This document shows, one piece after another, positions 8,370 through 15,621 of a stretch of 64,000 bases of DNA (position 1 is the first letter of the stretch; each line of letters starts with the position of its first letter). The DNA is taken from contig OY759598.1 in assembly GCA_963662435.1 (NCBI GenBank), positions 4,067,923 through 4,131,922 of the forward strand. The letters run 5' to 3'. Made by a program: the position numbers and the translations under genes. The notes under the pieces were generated by a model, which searched no databases, was not told the DNA's origin, and saw only the letters and a list, made by a program, of their open reading frames with translations. This stretch comes from Dehalococcoidia bacterium. Lineage in GTDB: Bacteria; Chloroflexota; Dehalococcoidia; Lucifugimonadales; VXLM01.

Positions 8370-9776
8370 TCACGCTGGTTGTAGAATGTGATTCTCTTGC
8401 AACCGCGCTATGAGATACTCCATAGGGCGGTCACCCTTCATGCTGTTGCAGGCCCCGCATAACAGCTGTAGGTTCTCCAAATGATTCGTTCCGCCCCGGC
8501 TCTGAGGTATGACGTGGTCGATAGTGAAGTTGCGGAACGGGAAGTCTCTCTGACACCCTCCGCATACCCCCTCCTGTTGGCCGAACAATACATGAGCCTG
8601 CTTACGGTAGTTCTTTGGAGCGTCGATGTCAGTCCGTTTGGGAATGTCCGTCCGAGCCGTGACGTATCCATGATGAAACAGACTCCCCATAGTGTCCTGT
8701 AGGCGCGTGTTCACGAGGTCTACGGCTGTAGGCGATATGTCGATCCCTACCCATTGCCGCTCCAATTTGTCGGCAGCTACGCACGTCGTGGCACACCCTG
8801 CGAACGGATCTAACACCACGTCGCCGGGGTTACTGGATGCCTGGATGATCCGCTCAAGCAGGGCTAGTGGCTTCTGCGTGGGATAACCGACACGCTCTTT
8901 GGCTGCCCCTTGCACTGGGGGGATGTCGTCCCAACTATCACCAATCGCAACTCCTGGCATTTCGTCAAGGTAACGCTTATAGGCCGGCACTCTACCCGGC
9001 CCAGTTTGTATGACCCTGCCCGCCTCATACAAGGCTTGCATCTTCTCTGCGTTATATCGCCAAAACCGAGTTACTCCCAGAAACGTGTACTGCGGGTGTC
9101 CGCGTGTTCCCCCACCCGGAGCAGCTAAGTTGTCGAGCCGATAATGCCGACCTGTTTCTGATTCAATATGGCGATAAGAACGCTCAATGTATTCGTCCGA
9201 GTAAGGCACAAACTGTTGATAGTACTGGGATTGCCGAGCGTCTTTCCCATAGCAGAGGACTATGTCTCTAACGCGGGGCCAATTGGTCGCTCCCTGTCGA
9301 TAGTCTCCCTTCGTGGTAGTACGCTTCCAACTAATCTCATTCCGATATTCCTTCACCCCGAACACCGCATCCATGAGCTGTTTGAGGTAGTGAGAGGCCG
9401 TCGGGTCACAGTGAAGGTAGATGCTGCCCGTAGGCTTGAGAACGCGGTGCATCTCCAGCAAGCGGACTGCCATCATCGTGAGATAGGACTGCATCCCCTT
9501 GCCGTGGCTGAACCCCGCTGCTTTCAACGTATGGGCAATCGCGGGCCGTTCATCCGCTATCAGCCCCATCCATGCAACATCAAGGTCACTGAGCGACCAC
9601 GTATCCTTGAAGGCCGCGCCTGCCGCCTTGCTCCCTACTGGGGCCTCATAGTTGCGGTTCGAGTTGAAGGGCGGGTCGAGATAGATGAGGTCTACGGTCT
9701 CGGAGTTCATCCCCCGGAGGATATCGAGATTGTCTCCGGTCCATAGCGTTCGGTTGACGAAGTTCGGCGTCCTCAT
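8370..9776 (-). CDS. Beta-class N6A/N4C DNA methyltransferase fused to a C-terminal HNH endonuclease domain
   Basis: DLIYLDPPFN, YPTQKP, VLDPFAGCAT; C-terminal CGGC...IDHVIPQSRGGTNHLENLQLLCGACNSMKG. Confidence 0.9.
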   Translation of the reverse strand: MRTPNFVNRTLWTGDNLDILRGMNSETVDLIYLDPPFNSNRNYEAPVGSKAAGAAFKDTWSLSDLDVAWMGLIADERPAIAHTLKAAGFSHGKGMQSYLTMMAVRLLEMHRVLKPTGSIYLHCDPTASHYLKQLMDAVFGVKEYRNEISWKRTTTKGDYRQGATNWPRVRDIVLCYGKDARQSQYYQQFVPYSDEYIERSYRHIESETGRHYRLDNLAAPGGGTRGHPQYTFLGVTRFWRYNAEKMQALYEAGRVIQTGPGRVPAYKRYLDEMPGVAIGDSWDDIPPVQGAAKERVGYPTQKPLALLERIIQASSNPGDVVLDPFAGCATTCVAADKLERQWVGIDISPTAVDLVNTRLQDTMGSLFHHGYVTARTDIPKRTDIDAPKNYRKQAHVLFGQQEGVCGGCQRDFPFRNFTIDHVIPQSRGGTNHLENLQLLCGACNSMKGDRPMEYLIARLQENHILQPA

Positions 9777-9855
9777 CTAGCAGCCCCCCTAGACAATTGA
9801 CGGTGTTTGTACACCATTCGAGCGAGTCCGTGCAACTCAAACGGGCGTGCTAGGG

Positions 9856-9884
9856 TTGACATGGCGCGAAGTCAAGTATATAAT
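9856..9884 (+). promoter_or_regulatory. Outward-facing consensus sigma70 promoter in the IS right end, pointing into the CRISPR array
   Basis: TTGACA (9856-9861), 17 nt, TATAAT (9879-9884). Confidence 0.8.
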
Positions 9885-9898
9885 TCCCTTTTGTTATA

Positions 9899-11329
9899 GG
9901 TTCCCCCGCACACGCGGGGATAGACCTTATGATGGTGAGACGTTCACCCTGATGTGTGAGGTTCCCCCGCACACGCGGGGATAGACCCCAGTGGCGTAGC
10001 GTCGGCGACGTCTAGGCTACGGTTCCCCCGCACACGCGGGGATAGACCGACGCTTCCCGCTCTTGCATCTAGGGAAAAGGGGGTTCCCCCGCACACGCGG
10101 GGATAGACCCATCGCGTCGTGGAAGACGTCGTCCCGAGGGCCGGTTCCCCCGCACACGCGGGGATAGACCGCAACATCTTCTAGCAGTGTAAGGCCCCAT
10201 ACGGGTTCCCCCGCACACGCGGGGATAGACCTTTCCGTTTTGATCCGCACTTGCGGGCGGTAGCGGTTCCCCCGCACACGCGGGGATAGACCCTTCATTT
10301 TGAAAGCTGAGGAGTACGGGCTAGGGGTTCCCCCGCACACGCGGGGATAGACCGTGATCTTGCCACACCATAGGAATCAGGTTATAGGTTCCCCCGCACA
10401 CGCGGGGATAGACCTCACAAACGGGTCACCGTCGTTGACCTGTTGAGGGTTCCCCCGCACACGCGGGGATAGACCCGATATCGGCAAACTGGAGATTCCA
10501 GCAGAACTGGTTCCCCCGCACACGCGGGGATAGACCTTGGTATGGCGTCTCGTAGGTGAAGACCCCTTTGGTTCCCCCGCACACGCGGGGATAGACCCGC
10601 ATATACTATTGGAAGCGGCAGATAGCCGAGGGTTCCCCCGCACACGCGGGGATAGACCGGACTCCACCGCACTGGGCGACTACATCCGAACGGTTCCCCC
10701 GCACACGCGGGGATAGACCCGCAGGAGACCAGCGGTATCTCTACTCTACAGAGGTTCCCCCGCACACGCGGGGATAGAGAATAGTGCGCTGTCTCCAGGA
10801 CGCTGCCCGCCGAGGTTCCCCCGCACACGCGGGGATAGACCTTTCCACCTCTTATACGTCCCATGGCGCATATGGGTTACCCCGCACACGCGGGGATAGA
10901 CCTTCGTCGATGTGTTCCAAGAGCAGAGAATTAGAGGTTACCCCGCACACGCGGGGATAGACCGTACGGTCGCAGGCTCATGAATTGGGCGTCATCGGTT
11001 CCCCCGCACACGCGGGGATAGACCTCCACAACCAACGAGAAGAGGCAACGGCATGATGGTTCCCCCGCACACGCGGGGATAGACCCCACGAGGATGGATA
11101 GCGTGAATGGGAGTAGAGGGTTCCCCCGCACACGCGGGGATAGACCTGAACATGGTACCGGTCAACACGCAAACTCGTAGGTTCCCCCGCACACGCGGGG
11201 ATAGACCCTCTTTGACGTGGATGGCGCTTGGAAATGGATGGGTTCCCCCGCACACGCGGGGATAGACCCTGACTGCGGAGCAGCATAGGACGTTTGAGGA
11301 GGGTTCCCCCGCACACGCGGGGATAGACC
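9899..11329 (+). CRISPR. Type I-E CRISPR array: 24 repeats of 28 bp, 23 spacers of 33 bp, no leader
   Basis: Repeat GGTTCCCCCGCACACGCGGGGATAGACC with an exact 61-bp period from 9899 to 11302. Variants at 10753 (ends AGAGA), 10875 and 10936 (GGTTAC). Confidence 0.98.
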
Positions 11330-11415
11330 TTACGCCGAAGACGGCAGACTGAGTAACTCGCCGAGCTGCGTTGGGTACAGAGTATGAATTGCACCCCTAC
11401 GACTAGGGATTCCGG

Positions 11416-11652
11416 TCAACCCGGCAAAGTCCAAAGGGAGTTTGCCGACTCGAACTCACCCGTTGCCAGTGGCCTCGATTCCAACCAGATCTTGATGTCG
11501 CTTGACTTCCACCTGACGGCGGATGGGCCGACCCTCACGGGTGACGGGAATTCTCCGTTCCTCATCAAGCGGTAGATCGAAGAGCGGCTCAATCCTGTGA
11601 TTTCCTCAACTTGTTTGCGTCGCAGCAATCTGTCATTCACGTTCATTCTCAA
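11416..11652 (-). CDS. alpA: AlpA-family regulator / recombination directionality factor
   Basis: LLRRKQVEEITGLSRSSIYRLMRNGEFPSPVRVGPSAVRW. Confidence 0.9.
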   Translation of the reverse strand: MRMNVNDRLLRRKQVEEITGLSRSSIYRLMRNGEFPSPVRVGPSAVRWKSSDIKIWLESRPLATGEFESANSLWTLPG

Positions 11653-11777
11653 CTCCTCTACTCATTTCCCAAATACGTCCGAGTGGAACTTGCTTCTTAA
11701 AGCGCTGAGGGACGAAGCTGGCGTACTCACCAAACCCGCCGAGTGGTGACACCTCTACCGTCGCTCCGTCGGTTCTT

Positions 11778-12613
11778 TCACACTCCACAGTGCCCCTCGC
11801 ACTCATTACCGAACCTGTCCCTTTGCTCTTCGCCTCCGAGCTTCGCCTCGTCAAGAGCGACGGCCTCGTCCAGAGGCATCCGCAAGGAATGCAGGTACGG
11901 TTCTTTAGCGAAGGCGAGTCCGTCTCGCATCTTCACGTCGATTTCCACCGCCTCGGCGAACAGCTCCGGCCATCGATGTTTCGTCTCGACCCACCGCCGC
12001 CGGGACTGGAACGGGCAGGCGACGCAAGCTGATCGCTCCAAGGGCCTGTCGTAGCGGGCTGTTCACCAGTCGATGCAGTCCTGTCGGGACATCCCCGTCT
12101 CGATCAAGGGGTAGCGGTTCGTCACCCACCGGTCACGTGAGTCCTTCATGCGGACGGCCTCGTCGGTTGAGATGCCGAGCCACAGCTCGACCATCGTGCC
12201 TGACGGGACCCGTTGCCCTTTTCGCAGCCCAAGCAGTTCACGTATCTTGTTGTGTATGGGGCTGATCTTGTAGTTGGTGGTGCACTGCCGGCGTCCGATG
12301 CCGTCTCTCTCTCCGTCTCTTCCCTTCATATAGACGGGAATATCCACGTAGTTGTTGGAGCCGGAGTGGTTTGTGAGGGCCTTCACGTCCTCTCGGAGGC
12401 TTCTTTCCTTGTCTACGACATAGAGGGGAATCGAAGTTGATCCTTGAGCCACTCGACGTGATCGTAGACGCTGGGCGGCTCCCAGTGTGTATCGGCGAAG
12501 ATAGCGCAGTCGGGTAGTGATCCTAAGGTTCCTTCTCCTGCCATGAGCGCCATGACCGAGGACTGAACTCCACCGCCGAGACTGATGACGGTTAGGGTCG
12601 GGCCGGACTGCAT
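11778..12613 (-). pseudogene. PP-loop / PAPS-reductase-like protein with Cys motifs, disrupted
   Basis: ISLGGGVQS, FADT, RQCT..YKI, GISTDE, SACVACPF, ECEGHCGV are spread over three ORFs. There is a frameshift near 12425 and a premature TGA at 12063. Confidence 0.75.
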
Positions 12614-12840
12614 CAGGCTTCCTCCCCGGCATGGTTTTTGCAATTCACAGCGTCGATGTGAGCGTCCTTCTTCGTCGTGGCCTGCCTGTCCCTGTTGGCG
12701 TGCCTGAGGAGGATGGTGAAGATCCGCCAGAGCCTGTCCTCGGCGTTCGGGCCAACGTTGTAGTCGATCCCTACCACCGTCAGTTCCTGGGAGTCGGCGC
12801 AGGAGTTTCTCGGCTTGTTTTGTCCGTTTACGTCCTTCAT
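12613..12840 (-). CDS. Small hypothetical protein
   Basis: 75-aa ORF whose stop overlaps the next start codon. Confidence 0.4.
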   Translation of the reverse strand: MKDVNGQNKPRNSCADSQELTVVGIDYNVGPNAEDRLWRIFTILLRHANRDRQATTKKDAHIDAVNCKNHAGEEA

Positions 12841-13048
12841 GTATCACCGTTCTTGGTATTCCACGCCCTGAGCGCAGAGCGCACGGGACTCCTACGCTCA
12901 CCCTGTCGGTTTTTCTTCGGGAGCCGCCCTTGGTCGCACTTTTTCGGAACGGCGGGCTTCGATGGGAACCCGGTCCGAAGTCCTTCAGTGCGAGCGGTAT
13001 GCAATCGTCATATTCACCTGCGAGGGACTAGAGGAAGCCCTCTACTCC

Positions 13049-13324
13049 TCAGAAGCCCGGGAGCCTAGGACGCCGGTCCCTCCCCAGGGGCAACATGTGC
13101 CCGAGGTTGAGACTGTCCGCGAACTCCTTAAGCGCTATGAGATGCTCGGAGGTGGGACGAACCCCGTTCCTCCACCGCTTGACGGTGTTCGTACTGACTC
13201 CCAACCGGCGGGCCAGTTCGCTCGCCGACAGTCCGGCAGCCTCCATGAATCGCTCAAGGCACCGCGGAAAGTCGTCGGGGAAGGCGGACTCGACTCTCGG
13301 GTAGTGATGTCGTTGCCGGGGCAT
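13049..13324 (-). CDS. XRE-family HTH regulator
   Basis: GLSASELARRLGVSTNTVKRWRNG..P. Confidence 0.85.
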   Translation of the reverse strand: MPRQRHHYPRVESAFPDDFPRCLERFMEAAGLSASELARRLGVSTNTVKRWRNGVRPTSEHLIALKEFADSLNLGHMLPLGRDRRPRLPGF

Positions 13325-13328
13325 GGTT

Positions 13329-13649
13329 CTAGTCCCTCCAGAGGGCCATCTGGAGACCGTTGTCTCCGAGGATGTCGGATCCGCCGTCGATCCAGCTCGC
13401 GAGCTGGAAGAGGGCGCGCATGGCTCCCCCGCTGGGCTCGATGCCCTTGCGCCACCTGAGCACCTGCCTGCGGTCGACTCCGAGTACCTGGGCGAAGCCT
13501 GTCCAGGTAAGGCCGGTGGCCTCCTTGAGCATCTCGATGCGGCGTCCGAAGTCGTCGGGCAGCACCGCGCTCAGGTATGGAGCCGGGCGGCCTCGTACGG
13601 TGAGTCCGTTCGTACGGCCGTCGTTCAGGGTGGGTTCGTTACTCGTCAT
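13329..13649 (-). CDS. XRE-family HTH regulator (paralog of its neighbour)
   Basis: GLTWTGFAQVLGVDRRQVLRWRKG..P; shares a PDDF motif with 13049-13324; GGAG RBS. Confidence 0.8.
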   Translation of the reverse strand: MTSNEPTLNDGRTNGLTVRGRPAPYLSAVLPDDFGRRIEMLKEATGLTWTGFAQVLGVDRRQVLRWRKGIEPSGGAMRALFQLASWIDGGSDILGDNGLQMALWRD

Positions 13650-13944
13650 TGCACTCCTCCAGGGTGAACAGCTCGCCGAAGTCCTCGACTCCGAGCGCCC
13701 TCTGCATCCGCCGTCGGATGCGTCCCGAGGGAGCCCGTCCCTCCCCAATCAGCATGGAAAGGTATCCCGGGCTGACGCCGATCTTTCGGGCGAGCCATCT
13801 CTGGGAGCGGTTCAGCGTGTCGAGCCTGTCCCAGAGGGCTCGCGCATCGAGGCGGACTATTGCCCGTCGCCGGGGTCTCCGCGAGTTTTTTGACCTGTTG
13901 ATTCCGTGTGTTTCGCATGTTTCGTGTGATTCGTGATGTTGCAT
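13639..13944 (-). CDS. XRE-family HTH regulator
   Basis: SQRWLARKIGVSPGYLSMLIGEGRAPS. Confidence 0.8.
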   Translation of the reverse strand: MQHHESHETCETHGINRSKNSRRPRRRAIVRLDARALWDRLDTLNRSQRWLARKIGVSPGYLSMLIGEGRAPSGRIRRRMQRALGVEDFGELFTLEECNDE

Positions 13945-13962
13945 GTCTCAAAAAAGACCTCT

Positions 13963-15621
13963 CTACGGGTGCGCGGGCGCGGCGTGGGTGGGTTCGTATT
14001 CGTCGGGTGTGAGCCATGCGGGTCCTAGCGGCCCGGCCCTCTCCATGAGTCCTCGGTGGGAGACCCAAAGGGGGAGCGTGACTCCCGTCCTGTCCGTCTC
14101 CTCCCGCACCACGCGGAGGAAGCGCGTAGCAGCGAGGTCGTCGTGGAAGACGACGAGGACGGCGGGCCTCTGGCCGTGATCGTCGGCGGGCCGGTGTGAG
14201 GCGTAGTAGCGCAGGTAGGGTGCGATGCGTGACGCCATGGTTGCCGGTCGCACGGCGCGGCGTTCCCACTCCAGGAAGAACGGCCAGACGGCGCGGCCCC
14301 TTCGGAGGACGCCGAAGGCGTCGGGCTGGACGGATCGCAGGCTGCCTTCATGACGAAAATACCTTGAAGCGCGGTGCGGCGGGTCGAGCTGCGCGATCTC
14401 CCATTCCAGTGCTCGGGACTGCTCCGCGAGGGCGGCGACGAAGGCGTGGACGCCGCCGGTGTGCTCGACGTTCCTGAGCAGCTGCTTGCTCCTCGAACCT
14501 GAGAGGTTTCTCCAGTCAAGTGGGGCGTCCGGGTCGCTCGGCTCGAGGCTCCAGCGTTTCTTGGCGATTGCGAGGGAGGCGCGGTCCCTGTGTGCAAGGA
14601 CGGCGAGTCCCCGGTCGGTGAGAACGAGCCGGGTGCGGCTCCCCGAAGCGAGACGCGCCACCACTCGAAAATCTTCGAGTCCGCTCACCACCTGAGAGGC
14701 CCTCGACTCCGATACGTTCAGCAGGTCTGCTAGATTCTTCAAGGTGATCCAGGGCCAGTCCGAGAGCAGGTCGAGCGCTCTTTTCTCGGCAGACTTGAGG
14801 ATGGCGGGCAGAACGTGGTCGGGCAGATCACTCCCCGGACCGCCTGCAGGCATGTCCCAGGGAAGCGATACCCGCGAGAGCGGCGGCTCCTCCGGAAGAT
14901 CGGAGCCCGGACGTATCTCCTGTATAACCGTCCGAAGGTCGACGGCCTCGCCGGATGCGAGAAGACTCCATATTGAGTCGACCGGGCCTGCGGCCGCCGC
15001 GTCGCTTTCCACGGCCAGGAAGACGGGAACGGGAGCGCCGGAGAGCAGCCTGCGCGCGTGCCTGAGCCGCACGTCGTCGGACACGATCATGAGGAATCCA
15101 CCGGGAAAAGGTCCTTCCAGAACCCTCCGCATCCGCTTCGAGAACGCCGTCCTGTCCTGGGTGCGTCCCCATCTCACGACGGCGACTGTCCTCTGGTCAG
15201 GGAGCTCTATGGCGGCATCCATTGGGAGTGCCCGGTACCACTGAAAGCGCTCAAGGCGGTTGACCTCGGCGACCGCCGATACGAGCCGGTAGACGACGGC
15301 GACGGCGTCGAGGCGCTTGAGCATGACGGCCCGCCACTGGAGGGAGACGGGACGGGAGCGCAGCAGGTCGTCGAGGGACACTGCCCCCTCTCTCGCGAGG
15401 CGGCGCACTCCTTCCGCGGTGAGATAGTACCGCGCGGTGAGCGGGGTGAAGTCGGTCGCGTAAGGGACAGGGGCCGCGAGCCCCTCGTCCTCCAGCTCCC
15501 TCACGGCCTCGTAGACAGCCGCACGCGACCACCCCGAAACGGCGGCCATCTCCAGGCGATCGAGGAAGGGCATCGACGCCAAGAGGCGAAGTGTTTCGTA
15601 TAGGCATCCATCTGGCTTCAT
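13963..15621 (-). CDS. Replication-relaxation (Replic_Relax)-like protein, apparently with a duplicated wHTH + PD-(D/E)XK-like unit
   Basis: VQPDAFGVL...FFLEWER...RIAPYLRY; translationally coupled to the coupling protein. Confidence 0.7.
   Translation of the reverse strand: MKPDGCLYETLRLLASMPFLDRLEMAAVSGWSRAAVYEAVRELEDEGLAAPVPYATDFTPLTARYYLTAEGVRRLAREGAVSLDDLLRSRPVSLQWRAVMLKRLDAVAVVYRLVSAVAEVNRLERFQWYRALPMDAAIELPDQRTVAVVRWGRTQDRTAFSKRMRRVLEGPFPGGFLMIVSDDVRLRHARRLLSGAPVPVFLAVESDAAAAGPVDSIWSLLASGEAVDLRTVIQEIRPGSDLPEEPPLSRVSLPWDMPAGGPGSDLPDHVLPAILKSAEKRALDLLSDWPWITLKNLADLLNVSESRASQVVSGLEDFRVVARLASGSRTRLVLTDRGLAVLAHRDRASLAIAKKRWSLEPSDPDAPLDWRNLSGSRSKQLLRNVEHTGGVHAFVAALAEQSRALEWEIAQLDPPHRASRYFRHEGSLRSVQPDAFGVLRRGRAVWPFFLEWERRAVRPATMASRIAPYLRYYASHRPADDHGQRPAVLVVFHDDLAATRFLRVVREETDRTGVTLPLWVSHRGLMERAGPLGPAWLTPDEYEPTHAAPAHP

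Larger units (their letters stand above)
6919..9888 (+). mobile_element. IS1595-family transposon with passenger genes
   Basis: Perfect 23-bp terminal inverted repeats GGGAATTATATACTTGACTTCGC (6919-6941; 9866-9888). Flanks AAATGATA / TTTTGTTA are not duplicated. Confidence 0.9.

Noticed and set aside
10110..10142. Spacer 4 shares GTCGTGGAAGACG with the ICE gene near 14140 (possible self-targeting)
   Set aside because: Only 13 nt with non-matching flanks. I found no convincing self-targeting spacer by eye, but did not do an exhaustive alignment.
11351..11363. 13-nt match (GAGTAACTCGCCG) between the post-array sequence and intron domain VI (37154-37166)
   Set aside because: Too short; about one such match is expected by chance across all spacer positions in 64 kb.
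9944..11394. ORFs with repeating RSIPACAGEP / VYPRVCGGT / GLSPRVRGN peptides
   Set aside because: They are translations of the CRISPR repeats, not genes.
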